In this document: one piece after another, positions 28,188 to 41,902 of the stretch
How positions within the stretch are numbered: position 1 is the first letter of the stretch
Layout of the letters: each line of letters begins with the position of its first letter
Source of the DNA: the human T2T-CHM13v2.0 reference genome, Homo sapiens
Length of the DNA: 64,000 nucleotides
Assembly (NCBI RefSeq): GCF_009914755.1
Contig: NC_060933.1
Strand: one strand, 5' to 3'
The notes under the pieces: generated by a model
The model's input: the letters and a program-made list of their open reading frames with translations, nothing else
Databases searched by the model: none
What the model was told of the DNA's origin: nothing
Made by a program: the position numbers and the translations under genes

Positions 28188-29326
28188 TTACCAAAGAAGA
28201 TAAACAGATGGGAAAAAAAAGCACAAGAAAAGATGCTCTGCTTCACATGTCATCAGAAAACTACAAATTGAAACAATGAGATACCTCTACACACCTATTA
28301 GAATGGCCAAAATCCAGAATCCTGACAACACCAATGCTGTGGAGCAATAGGAACTCTTCAATCATGGCTGGTAGGAATGCAAAATGGTATAGCCATTTTG
28401 CAACACAGTTTGACAGCTTCTTACAAAACTAAATATACTCTTGTCATACAGTCCAGCAATTGCAATCCTTAGTATTTACCCAAATGAGTTGAAAACTTAT
28501 GTCCACACAAAAATCTGCACATGGATGTTTATAGCAACTTTATTCATAATTGCCAAAACTTGGAAGCAACCAACCAAGATGTCCTTCAATAAGTGAATGG
28601 ATAAATAAACTGTGGGACATCCAGACAATGGAATATTTACAGTGCTAAAAAGAAAAGAGCTATCAAGCCATGAGAAGGCATGGAGGAAACTTAGATACAT
28701 ATTTATTATAGCCTTTTCAGATGTATAGTTATATCTGTATAATTCCAGCTATATAACATGGAAAAGGTAAAACTGTGCAGACAATAAAAAGGTTGGTGAT
28801 TGCTAGAGGTTGCTAAGAGGAGTGGGAATTAATAGGAAGGGCACAGAGGATTTTTAGGGCAGTGAAACTATTCTACATGATACTCTAATCGTGAATACAA
28901 GTCATTATACACGTGTCAAAACCCATAGAATGTACAATACCAAGAGTGAACCCTAATGTAAACTATGGACTTTGGGTGTTAATGATGTATCAATGTAGGT
29001 TCATCAATTGTAACAAATGTACCACTCTGGTGGGGGATGTTGATAGTGGGAGAGGCTGTGCATTTGAGGGCAGGCAGGGGGACAGGGAAAATATGGGAAC
29101 TCTGTATTTTCTGCTCACTTTTACTATGAACCTAAAACAGTTGTAAAAAGTAAAGTTTATTTAAAGGGAAAAAGAAAAAACATCACTGATTTTAGCTGAA
29201 TGGAGATTATTACAAAGCATTTCTGCCCTCTGAAAGCTAATAAGAATACACAGTTCTAGAAAGGATGCCCTACGTAATAGGATCTTACACTGGAATCCAT
29301 GACCAAACTCCATGAAAATATATGCA

Positions 29327-29356
29327 ATGTGTGAGCGTGTGTGTGTGTGTGTGTGT
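29327..29356 (+). repeat. (TG)n microsatellite
   Basis: Direct reading. Confidence 0.9.
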
Positions 29357-29917
29357 TTTCAAACATGCCTTTCTTCCCCTGGGAGGAACTCCAAACCTTT
29401 CATCATGATTCTTAGTGGTTGATCACTGTCCCCTTCCCAAAATTTTAAGGCTCTCAGGCCTACAACAATCAGCTCTGAGTATCTGCTTCTGACACCTTTC
29501 ATTTTTTTCCCAGTGGCTGATACACAGTCAGCAAATGATGCAGTAGCAAGATCCCTCCCCAGCTTCACAAAAGAAATGCAGCTTGTGGGCTGCCTGCCAT
29601 GCTTGGATGTCAGCTGATTATCCATGACTGATAATCGGCTCACATCCCTTCAAGGGAGAAGCTGCCATGTGCTTCGTGTCCAGAGATGCAGAGGAAACAC
29701 ACTATGACATCAGGAATAGCACGTTCCCAGACACAGACATGGCCAGTTGAAGGACATACCCACATCCCCTACCCCCAGGAGAAAAGAGAAGGCAGGGGAA
29801 AATGTATAGCATATACTTATAATTACCAATATGGTTATAGCTATGCCTATCTCTCCTTCAACTGCTTGACTTTTCCATCTGAAGTCTAACCTAAAACTAT
29901 TTTTAAATCAAGAAACA

Positions 29918-30218
29918 GGCCAGGCGCAGTAGGTCATGCCTGTAATCCCAACGATTTGGGAGGCCGTGGCAGGCAGATCACTTGAGGTCAGGAGTTTGAG
30001 AACAGCCTGGCCAATATGGTGAAACCCTGTCTCTACTAAAAATACAAAAATTAGCCGAGCATGGTGGCAGGTGCCTGTAATCCCAGCTACTCAGGAGGCT
30101 GAGGCAGGAGAATCACTTGAACCCAGGAGGCAGAGGTTGCAGTGAACCCAGGAGATCACACCATTGAACTCCAGCCTGGGCGACAAGAGCAAGACTTCGT
30201 CTCAAAAAAAAAAAAAAC
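29918..30218 (+). mobile_element. AluS
   Basis: Full dimer with A tail. Confidence 0.95.
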
Positions 30219-30333
30219 AACTTCAATGTACTTGTGTGATTTCCTATTCCTGCTACAAAGTAAATACAGATAATAAGAAAATTCTTCACTTATAATAGAG
30301 ATTATAAGTGAAGTCTGAAATTTTAGTGCACCC

Positions 30334-30650
30334 AACTGGGTGCGGTGGCTCACGCCTGTAATCCTAGCACTTTGGGAGGCCGAGACTGGTGGGTCACTTG
30401 AGGTCAGGAGTTCGACCAGCCTGGCCAGCAGGGTGAAACCCCATCTCTACTAATAATACAAAATTTAGCTGGGTGTGGTGGTGCATGCCTGAAGCCCCAG
30501 ATACTTGGGAAGCTGAGGCAGGAGAATCACTTCAACCTGGGAAGCAGAGGTTGCAGGGAGCTGAGATCGCACCACTGCACTACATCCTGGGCAACAAAGT
30601 GAGACTCTGTCTCAAAAAAAAAAAAAAAAAGAAAAAGAAAAAAAAGAAAG
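30334..30650 (+). mobile_element. AluS
   Basis: Full dimer with A tail. Confidence 0.95.
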
Positions 30651-32047
30651 GAAGAAAATTCTGAGGGAAAATCTATTTTCTCCCACTCTCTCCCTTGGAG
30701 AGGACATCCACTCCTCCCCATCAGGTCACCAGCCTTCCTACCCCACAGCTCCAAGTCAACAGTTCCACCATTTGCTTTTGTAATCAGATTTGACATATCG
30801 ATTGTCTTCTTATCTTTGACTTTCTCACTCTTCACACCTCCTCATCTAGCCAGTCCCCAGGTCCTCTCAGTGTTCCCATAGCCACAATTATTACATCTGA
30901 TTATTCCTTTCTTCCAGCCCTGGAATGGCCCAGAGGACTCAACACAATAACGCCAATGACATTTTCTAACCCCATTAGTTTATCCCATCGCTTTTCCTGA
31001 CAATAACTACTTCTCTTTTATTCAAAAATAGAAAATATTAAGTCCTTATGGCGTACCTCAGTAAGGTGTAGGAACTTTAACACAACTCTGTGATATAAGT
31101 GTCATCTTCCTTCTCACAGAACAGACTACTGAAGCTCTCTTCACAGAAATTCTAAGTTGCTGCGATCACCAGAGATAAAATGATGAGAAAAAGAGGTGCA
31201 CAGATTCTATTGAAGGTACCCTTCATGAGTGTCCTTATGTCCTGCCTACATGCCGATGTACAGCAGGAAATCTGAGTGGACCCGCAGAACTCCTGCCCCA
31301 TGATAACCCTCCAGTACTGACACATTCAGACAGACAAGGCACATACCCTGGTGAAGGTAGAACACAGCCGAGAAGTCCACTTGACTTTGTCTTGGGACAG
31401 GCCCCAAAGATTGGCAAACCCTCTCTCTACTTTGACCTATGGTCTATAAGTGAGGGGTTATAGCTCTTTCATTATTTCTTAAAACTTGAAAGAAATGGTT
31501 CATTCTTCTCAATAAAACCACATTGGTCAAAGTACATATGCCTTTTGCTGGCATTATCCCTGCTCCCTGGGGTAACAGGGGTTTACTCCTACTTATCTGA
31601 GCCTCTGGTTGGTAGCAATATAGACTTCTGATAAACAAAAGATTAAGAAACATGTTAAGCATACTTAATAATATAATTTTACACGTGAGAAAAAACTCTC
31701 AGAAAAAAAATTCACAAAGTCCTTCAGAGTGACAAGAGGTAAAATCACTGGTCTTGATCATTTCTGGCCATTTTATTTACCGATCCTTGTCAATATCAGC
31801 TTCATGACCAGCACAGCCATCCTAGCGCCTTCTGTTTGGCCTGACCAGGTGTTAGGCTGACCCTTACTACAGCCTGCCCTTTGGTTGCTGGTGTTACCAG
31901 TGAGCAATGCTAGCACAGCCAGACCGCTGGCCCTGTGTGGTCAGCACTCCCAGCTGCAGCCCCTGCTACAAAGACCTCAGGACAACAGCCAAACCTGTGG
32001 CCCAAGGGGCAGTGAAAACGGGAGTTCAGAACACCTATGTCTGCCAC

Positions 32048-33346
32048 TGCTGGGGCACAGAAACAATACCCCAAAGTACAGCGCTTTGGCTTGCTGAACA
32101 CTTTTGGATTAAAGGAAACTGGAAGGCCTTAGAAGGCTTCACTTGTTTCTCCTTGAACCCCTTCCCCACCACCACCAAGCACAGAGAGCGGTTCTCTCTG
32201 GAGGTTCCCTCATCTGACTGGGGAATGCAAGAATACCAAATACCACATGTTCTCACTTACAAGTAGGAGCTAAATGATGAAAAGTTATGAACACAAAGAA
32301 GGAAACAACAGACATTGGGGTCTACTTGAGGGCGGAGAGTGGGAGGAGGGAGAGCAGCAGAAAAGATAACAGTTGGGTACTGGGCTTAGTACCTGGGTGA
32401 TGAAATAATCTGTACAACAAATCCTGTGACATGAGTGTACCTATGTAACAAACCTTCACTTGTACCCCCGAACCTAAAAGTTTTTTAAAAAACAGGCCAG
32501 GCGCAGCAGCTCACCCGTGTAATCCCAGCACTTTGGGAGGCTGAGGCAGACAGATCACTTGAGGCCAGGAGTTCGAGACCAGCATGGCCAACATGGCAAA
32601 ACCCCATCTCTACTAACAATACAAAAATTAGCCGGGCATGGTGGCGCAGGCTTGTGATCCCAGCTACTTGGGAAGCTGAGGCAGGAGAATCACTTGAACT
32701 CACGGGGCGGAGGCTGCAATGAACCGAGATGGCGCCCTGCACTCCAGCCTGGGTGACAGAGCAAAACCCTGTCTCAAAAAAAAAAAAAAAAATAATAAAA
32801 ATAAAAAATAAACAAAAACAAAAGAAATACAATTGTCTTAAGACTCCATTTCCAGAAATCCCATCAAATAACCAGGAAAGATTAACTACTGGAAAAGAGG
32901 AGAGACTAAATAAAAGTCATCACCACACCCAGACAGACTTTCTATCTATTCTTCTGTAGGCAGTTCTGAGAGATTACTGAAAAGATTTTACATGTGTAAT
33001 AAGATAACCTTTGTTCACAGTGCTCCAAACCTTCCCGTAACTTGTTCTGTTCAGCTTTCAAAGGGGATCATTTACAAACTACTGTCTGCTCTTTGGGCTC
33101 ATTTGATTCCCCTGAAAATCATTTGCTATGCCTCAAAATTGTCTACACCCCCATTTCCCTGTCCCTGATGAAGAGGGTGCTATTTTAAGCCTCAGCTATC
33201 TGGCCCTTCTTTGAGTCTCATATCTGTGGGACTCCTGTGTCCATGTGCATATTAATAAATTTGTATGCTTTTTCTCCTGTTAATCTATCGTGTTTGTTTA
33301 GCAGACTTGAACCTGCAGGAGCGTGGAGGGTATTTTCGTCCCTACA
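32048..33346 (+). mobile_element. MER39/MER34-family ERV1 LTR, interrupted by an L1PA 3' fragment (~32238-32492) and AluS (32495-32825)
   Basis: tgctggggcacagaaacaataccccaaagtac... start; aataaatttgtatgctttttctcctgttaatct and cctaca end. Confidence 0.75.
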
Positions 33347-33641
33347 CCTTTTTCATGAAGTAAAAGACAAACCAGTAGATTGTATAGCCCTTACAAGTTG
33401 TCCTTCCAAGGAATGAAGGGAGCTAATTTGCACTGCAGCAAGGAGAGACAAATAGCATGGCAGTCACCTAAGAAACATAAAATACTTTACACAGACAAAA
33501 TAACCATGCAGGATATGAGTTGCCAGTCACAAATTACACACTTTAAAATTGTCATAGTAAATATTTATTCAATATAAAAATTATCTTTTGATAGGCCACA
33601 AGACACCGGGCACATCAAGGTGATTAAGGAGGACACAGTCT

Positions 33642-33937
33642 GGCCGGGCGCGGTGGCTCACGCCTGTAATCCTAGCACTTTGGGAGGCCGAGGCAGGCGG
33701 ATCAAGAGGTCAGGAGTTCGAGACCAGCCTGACCAACACAGTGAAACCCCACCTCCACTAACAATACAAAAATTAGCCGGGCGTGGTGGCGGGCACCTAT
33801 AGTCCCAGCTACTCGGGAGGCTGAGGCAGGAGAATGGTGTGAACCCAGGAGGCGGAGGTTGCAGTGAGCCAAGTTGCGCCACTGCACTCCGGCCTGGGCA
33901 ACAGAGTGAGACTCCGTCTCAAAAAAAAAAAAAAAAA
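33642..33937 (+). mobile_element. Alu with mixed S/Y diagnostic positions and no visible TSD
   Basis: Left arm gagttcgagaccagcctg (S-type); right arm gaatggtgtgaacc (Y-type). Confidence 0.9.
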
Positions 33938-35317
33938 GGAATGAAATAGGTTAATATGTGTAAAGTGTTTAGAATCACATATTGCATGTAGCAAACGCAG
34001 TGTGAGAGATGGCTGCCAAGATCATTACCATGGAGGATCCAAGAGGTCAGGGTGAAGTATTTGTTCAGTTTGGACAGAGAGCCAGGAAAGCTCTCTGAGC
34101 TGTAACAGGAAAAAATTGGAACTGGACTTTAAGACAATGAGTCTGGCATGAGGTAAGGGAGGGAATGAAATGGGAATGGCAGTTGGGAATTGGGGAAGTG
34201 AACATGGGCTCCAGGCTGTGGCAGAGGGAGTTCTCCCCCTGAAGATAATGTGGGCAGCTTCCAAGGGCTCCTTAGCATTCGGGTGGCTACACCCCTTAAG
34301 GCTCCTACTCTTCGCTCAAACCACATGATTAGAATGTAAAGGACCATGAAAAGGGTTTAATATCTGTGACAGGAAAAGCTGCTCTCCAAAGAGTGGAACG
34401 TAACTCTTGATATATCAAAAGGAAAACCGACCTCTAAAAGCTTCCAGTTTTCTTTCTGTGTCCTGAACTAAGACTGAAAGGAAGCTAAGGATGTCTTGTT
34501 TAAAAGGACATACAGGTCTTCACAAAAAGAGAACAGACACTTCCCTCTTCGGAAGGTGTTGAGCGTTACTTTAAAATTCCCTTCTAAAGGCTTGTCCCAA
34601 AATCTATGTTCTTACTGTGTGCTACTTCCATAAGATAAAATAACAGTGATCCTTCTTAAAACGCAAAATATCACCTGTCCCATACAAATTTAATATGGCA
34701 ACAAGAGTAACGTATTCCATTAACCAGAAGCCAGTCACTAATGAGGCCCCAAAGGACAGCTGGATTTGACTGAGACCCTAGAGGACAAATTGATCTAGAG
34801 CTCTGAATGAGATGCTGGCATGGGTGAGGGTCCAAGCAAAAGCACAGGACAGGGAGAATGTGAGAAGGAAGCCACATAAAGGAAGCAGATGCAGAAAGGA
34901 GAATAAAGCAGCTTAGGGAATATATTTGCCAATCTCAAAATTTTGTTGTAAACCAGTCCTGCCCTGACATGTCTGATGAAACTTACATCTGCCACCAAAC
35001 CAGAAAACCTTGGTCCTCAGTGCCACCTGACTTAACGCTCTCTCCTCTTAGCTGCATGTACACCCCTGCCAGGGACCACTACTCACTCATTTTCCCCAGG
35101 AAAAAGGAAAATGAGAGAATGTTTACAGTTTTTATAGTTTTAACCCTCAGTGGTTTCAGATGATCTGAAGGGAGCAAGTGTCACCCCTTCCATGCAGCCC
35201 AAAGATGCCATGAAAATATCAATGTCTAGGCTCCCTACATTTCATGAGAAGAGTGTGACACGCTGATCTACATGGCCAGAATGAGTAAAAACACAGGTAC
35301 AGAACAAAGACATGACT

Positions 35318-35479
35318 TTAAGGTGACCTACAGAGCAGTTGGTTGTTAATCACTCCAGGAATTAAATTAAAAGAGCTTCTCTCTGGTTCTGTAACGGGGA
35401 CAGCAGTGCCAAAGAACTCTTTGCGGGATGCAGTAAACTTCTTTCCTTCCAGCCAATAGGTGACCATTTCCCTTTTTCC
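35318..35479 (-). pseudogene. GC pseudo-exon F (terminal): GKREMVTYWLEGKK...LLCRSP*
   Basis: Matches the GKGxMxTYWL motif; pyrimidine tract ttttcctccc but acceptor reads TG instead of AG; TAA at 35320-35318. Confidence 0.9.
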
Positions 35480-37368
35480 CAGGGAGGAAAACCACAAGTG
35501 TTAATTAGGGGAGAAATAGCCAATTCAGCCAGAAAGGGAGCCATCTGGAGATAGACCCATCAACTCATTGGACATGACAGGGCACATCCTCAAGTCTGCC
35601 CAGGGAAATCCTGGGGTCCCAAGGGACTGGCATCCCCAAGAGACAGCTCTTAAATTGGTTTCCCATTTGCTGCTGAGTGCACACCCTGCATTCAGGGCAG
35701 AGACCACTGCTTCATGGCACCTGGAGACACAGGCAGATTGAGTCAGTCACCGGCACACACTCACCTGTGCTGCCATGGCTAACAAATCCCACATGTACTG
35801 CCAAGCTGGGAGGGGAGACACAAACTTGGGCTCTGCAGCTACTTAGCCCTTCTGACAAAGCTAAAAGAGTATAATGACCCGGCAATTCTGAAGAATAACG
35901 TCTTTTCAGGACAGTGACTAAACAGGCATATCGCCACATGAAAAATTAGTGCCCTTCCAACAACTGTGGATCAGTCACAGCCTCCTCCCAGCACCGGGGT
36001 CAGAATTTCTGCCTCTCATTTACATGGAAACTGGAATTTGAAAGCTGTCACTCCAGATTCGCTCTGATACACTCTGCAAGAGAAAACATTACCTGCTTGT
36101 ATTTGCTGACCAGATTCAATCAAATTAATTGTAATTCATTTCAATAAACACTCATGCGGCCAGAGCCCTGTGCAAAACAAGTTTCAGAGTTAAGAGTGTG
36201 GTGCTTTTCCTGGGATTTTCTATGTAGGTTACCATGGTACTCTCTCTGAACAGATTTCATATTTAAAATATACAAAAATACCACAGAAACTATTTGGGCA
36301 ATGTCTGGAGGGAACCGCCCACAACTAATGCACATGCATCTCACATTATTTTATAGCTGGTTAGATTGGCTTGCAGCAGACCTGGTTTCTTTATTCTTTT
36401 TCTAAGTCACACAATTATTATTTCTGTGACTTTCCATCTGAGGAAACTGGAGCAGAGTGAAGGGGTCCAGTCACACCACAGCTAGTGTGAGCTGAGAAAG
36501 AATCAGGCTCTGGTGGCAGGAGAGCCAGGACTACCCCCCGTCCACTGCATCTGCCCCATGGATGGATCGAGCACAGGGGGGTCTGAAAATCTCTACCACC
36601 TTCAGCTCGCATTCGCTCCACCTTCTGTCCCAGGTGTAGTGAATTTCAATTACTTTCATATAGTTAATTTCATTGCCTTTTCTAGGGATTGATCCTCTTT
36701 TAAAATAATGACACCTTACAAGGGAAGCACCCCGGGAGTACCTCACTGGGAAGAGTTCATAAATGGATTTCTTCTATTATAGGAGGAATGTCAAGCACTG
36801 GGAGAAGATTGGGTTGAGTGGCTGGAAATGAGAAGGATGCTGAAATTAGGGGGAAGAATTTGGAAAGAGAATGTGGAAAAAAAACAGACATATTTTGCCT
36901 GTTGCACAGTTTTTCCAAGGATTGTTGTCCCTTCCTCTCTTTTCTCTTCCTCATCCCCAAGAAGGAACATCTTAAGAGATGTCCTATCTGCTCATAAAGG
37001 TCTGGGGATGAAAAAAATACATATTCTTTATGAGCCAAAACAAACATGTGCAATTCTTTAGCAGATGTATATCCAAACCTTACCTAGGCTAATAGTTTTT
37101 CATGGGTCTCCCTATGTTGCCCAGGCTGGTCTCAAACTCCTAGGCTCAAGCAATCCTCCCGCCTCAGCCTCCTGAGTAGTGAAAATCAAAGAATTTCCAG
37201 TTTTGTTTGGGACTTTTTCACCTGTAGCAGAGACATAATATGCAATGCTGCAAATTTTTATCACGAGTTTACTGGGCACAGTGACTCTTAGGACTTTAAT
37301 GGTGAGAGTTCCCTTGTAGTGCTTCTCTCCCATGCCTGCCTCCACACATACAGGTGGCCAATATATAC

Positions 37369-37460
37369 CTTGACTTGTAAATTCCTAAGACATACCAGTA
37401 TGTAGTCTCCAATTTGCTCCAAGATTTGATATGCACTTGAACTACACTGGATTTTCAGAG
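37369..37460 (-). pseudogene. GC pseudo-exon E (92 nt): (A)LKIQCSSSAYQILEQIGDYILVCLRNLQVK
   Basis: tttcctcttctgtcctccAG acceptor, AAG|GTATAT donor, open frame, same length as the homologous receptor-GC exon. Confidence 0.92.
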
Positions 37461-37866
37461 CTGGAGGACAGAAGAGGAAATAACACAGTTACATAAGTCC
37501 AGGCAACATCCCTTGCTTTTGCCTTGCCCTGAAAAACTGAGCAACTCTGAAACATGACCAAGAAAATTCAACTTCAAGAATCTCACCTAGCGAAGAGGTA
37601 TCCCAGAGCACATCCCAGCAAACATCCCCCAAGTGCTTCACATATAATAATAAGCTCTACCTGATTAGCTTTTCCCATCACAGTTACGTGGCAGGGGCTG
37701 CTGACCTGGGGAAAAAATCTTGTATATTCTAGAGAAAAGTTGGTGTCCACTCTTACTTTTGGACAGTTTTTCAGGGATATCTGCCCCTTCTTATCACATA
37801 CCTCCCTCAAGCAGCCAGCCTTTGGCTACCTGAGAGAAAAGCAGTCAGAGCAAGGTAAAGATATGA

Positions 37867-38252
<386 letters not shown>

Positions 38253-38512
38253 CACATCATGATTTTTGCCACAGCCATACACTCACCTGAGCTATTATTG
38301 AGTTAACATCTTTCTTTAAGTGGCCTCAATTAATCTTTTTAATAAAGAGTAGGAAAACTTAGAGAGTCAAAAGAAAGCATCTTACTACCAAAGTAATTCC
38401 CATTTTTCCCTGACAATCAGAAGCACTGAAAGAAAACAGAAAAACAAACAACTTTCTCATGATGTGACTTAATGGTAAGCTCTTGTCTCTTGACCATCTA
38501 ACATCACCTACT

Positions 38513-38643
38513 GGCGGATCTAAAGGTAGTGAGTTATCTCAATTGATTGTTCACAGTCAGTTACAGATCAAACTCCTTGTTCTATGCTTTCCCCTCTTCC
38601 CATTACTGCACTAAGAATAAATAAATATTAATAAGTAAATAAA
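38513..38643 (+). pseudogene. Y1 RNA (RNY1) retropseudogene
   Basis: AAGGTAGTGAGTTATCTCAATTGATTGTTCACAGTCAGTTACAGATC matches hY1; A-rich tail; TSD taa(c/a)atcaccta(c/g)t at 38499 and 38644. Confidence 0.95.
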
Positions 38644-39569
38644 TAAAATCACCTAGTAGTATGACCTTGTGTTTGGGGGTGAGGGGCTCTAGGAAAAGCC
38701 CAAGCTCCCTCTCCCACACCTGCACATGCATACAGATGCACACATCCACACCCCACCTTCCACACACGTGTCACCATGGAGAAACTTGGATCCATCATCA
38801 AGTGCCCCACGCTGGGCCATAGCTGTCAACAGAGATTGGGAGCTTGGATGGTTAAACCAAAAGGATTAAGTCTAATGTCACATGGCGCCCTTCCTAGATC
38901 TCTTCCAGATCGTCCCTCCTCCTTCACTTCTTCCCACTCCACTGGGTGGTCAGATAGCCCAGAGGCTGCCTCCCACTTACTGGGCTCCCAGCTCCCACAC
39001 TCAACCCTCGGAAAAAACAAAACTGGGGGACCCGGAGGAGGTATGGAGAGAACAGCTGAAGCTAGCCTGTTTGGGGCCTCCAAGAAAAGAATTCTGAGCT
39101 CTGTATAGGTCTTTTGGACCTTCTTTCATCTGGAGCCTTAGGATGCTGGAGTGGATCCTAAGGAGCCTTGAGCTGCGGGGCAGAGGAACTTCTCTTGCTC
39201 AGAAGTGGTTCTGCTCAGTCAGCAGGATCTGAATGTCATTTCCTCTGACAGTCAACCCTAAACCTTGTTAACAAGTGACAACACTGAGTGGCCAACCCTG
39301 TGTTTTTATTACCCTGCCCACCTAGTTAAGCTTCATTAAGCTGGAAAGAGGCAACATTTGGATAATGCCAACCAGAATAATTGTTCTGTGAATAATTGTA
39401 TTAATTATATAAGCCAATCATGACTGAACAAAAATAATGGAAAGTATATTACTTCCAATAAGGCAAGTAATAAACTTGAAACAGCACTTGCCATTTTTAA
39501 AATTTTTATACTAAAATTCTCTTTTGAAGCTCCATAAAGACATTATATCATATTAATAGTTATTACCAT

Positions 39570-39780
39570 TTGTTGGCCCTGACATATATACCAAGTACTG
39601 TGCTAAGATTCTAATAAGTCTACTATGTCATTTTACCCTTATAGCTTCCCTAAGAGGTAGTTAGACTCACCCCCATTGTATGCGTTAGGTAACCGAGGCT
39701 AAGGGAAGCTAAATACATGCTCAGGAGAACAGAAATTTATAAATTGCAGAGCCAGGATCCCAAAATCCCGTGCCTTAAAC
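39570..39780 (-). mobile_element. MIR
   Basis: ccaagtactgtgctaag...ccccattgtatgcgttaggtaaccgaggct...gcagagccaggat. Confidence 0.55.
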
Positions 39781-40177
39781 AGTTCAATAATATCACCCTA
39801 GATCCTAAACTACTTCCCCTCATACACATGAATCATGGAAAGCAGAAAATGAGAGAGCTTAAATACCATTGTCTATAGAACAGAGGATACATTTGCCTTA
39901 TTTTGAGCTTTTACCAACCCAGTAGAGGTTTAGAGAAAAGACTTTTAGTTTAATTCTAATCTTTTGCTACTTGAGTCTTTTACTTTTAGGTAAAGAGCCT
40001 CCATTAATGAATGAAAGTGGTTTTTAAAAGGGCATGGCTTAGGACATTTGAGTATCTTTTTTGGTTTTAAGTAACACAAATAACCTGGTTGGTAATGCAT
40101 CATAACCAGAAATCCAAATGGAAATTTTCCACTTGGTGGCCGGCTTTTGAAAGATGGCCTCAATGTTCCCCTCAGCG

Positions 40178-40632
40178 TGACAAACTTTACACAGCTTTCT
40201 CTGACCTCCCCTTCTTAGAGCACTTATTTTAGAAAACTTTCAATTGTAAATTATTTCTGATCCTTTGAGATGTACATCTTCTCCTAGCCTCTTGCCACTT
40301 TTGTAACCCAGGAATATCGTTCTTAAGGATCTGGGAGCCATCCTTTGAAATGTAATTATCAAGAAAGACAGTGCCCCTATCTCCCAGACTTTGTAGGAGA
40401 CTAAAAACCTAACTTCAATAAAGACCAACTAGGAAACACTGATGGCCTAATTACATTGACCAACTTACTCCCTAACATACTCTAGTACTTTTCCACTAGC
40501 TCACCCAGAGCTTTAAAAATGCTCCCTCTCTTGTTTTAGTGGAGTTGAGTTCAATCCCTCTCCTCTATCGCAATCATCTTGAATAGCCTTCCTTGACTAT
40601 CTAACTCCATCTGGTGCCATTTTTCTTCGATT
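40178..40632 (+). mobile_element. MER31-like ERV1 LTR
   Basis: aaggatctgggagccatcctttgaaatgtaattatcaagaaagacagtgcccctatctcccag...gttgagttcaatc. Confidence 0.65.
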
Positions 40633-41003
40633 TACTGTAACCCATGCCAACACATCTTCTCACTACTGGTGACGACTGTGTGCTTGTAGCAACCCGGGGA
40701 CTGCAGATGCTCTTATAAGATGATGAGGTGGAAATGAGTGCTTGTGGGTTTGGGGGCCATTTCTGATCCATGTCTTCTACTCCCCTGTGATCAGCTAGCA
40801 GGGAGGCTATAGGGAAATCATCCCAATACTGGCAAAAATCACCACATTCAGCCTGGCTCAGACCTCCACCTGTACCCATCCCCCTATCACCAGGGCTACT
40901 TTCCACTCTTTGGAGCATCACTTAGGTTCACATGAACTTCTTCAGGGAAGTAAATGCCCCCTGAACTGAACTCAAGTAGAACACACCTGGAAATGTTTGG
41001 GAC

Positions 41004-41584
41004 TGTGATGGTTAATATTAAGTGTCAACTTGACTGGATAGAAGGATGCGAAGTATTGTTTCTGAGTGTATCTGGGTGCTTCTGGGTGTTGCCAGAAGAG
41101 ATTAACATTTGAGTCAGTGGACTGGGAGAAGAAGACCCACCCTCAGGAAGACCCACCCACCCCGTGGATGGCCACCATCCAATTAGCTGCCAGTACAGCT
41201 AGAAAAAGCAGGCAGAAGAAGGTGGAAGAATCTGACTTGCTGGGTCTTCCAGACTTCATCTTTCTCCCGTGCTGGATGCTTCCTGCTCTTGAATATCAGA
41301 CTCCAAGTTCTTTGGCTTTTGGACTCTTGGACTTACACCAGTGGTTTGTCAGGGGCTCTTGGGCCTTTGGCAACAGACTGAAGGCTGCACTGTTGGCTTC
41401 CCTACTTTTGAGCTTTTGGCACTTGGACTGGGCCACTACTGGCTTCCTTGCTCCTCAACTTGCAGATGGCCTATCATGGGACTTCACCTTGTGATCGTGT
41501 GAGTCAATTCTGCTTAATAAACTCCCTTTCATATACGCATACATTCTATTAGCTCTGTCACTCTGGAGAACCCTGACTAATACA
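41004..41584 (+). mobile_element. MLT2A2-like ERVL solo LTR
   Basis: tgtgatggttaatattaagtgtcaacttgactgga...gagaaccctgactaataca; TSD GGGAC. Confidence 0.9.
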
Positions 41585-41902
41585 GGGACCCTACTATCTT
41601 GAAGACCATGAAGAATGTGCAGATCACAATCAGCTCACTGAAACAATAACCTTATATTTCACAAAATTTCCATCCAGCTTGCACTGTCTTCTGTGCAGAG
41701 CCCCGGTGATGTTTCCCCCTCCCCTGAATCCTCCCCCTCCTCATCAAGCAGTGCAAGTTCTCATCTAAGCAGTTGTGATGTTAATGCCCTGTATTGGACC
41801 TATTTGGATTCGACAAATAGAAAGTTAAAAGAAAAAAGGTTTTAAGGGTTTTTTTTTAGAAAGCAGCAGACAGAGGAATTACCACATAATTTGATGTGTG
41901 GC

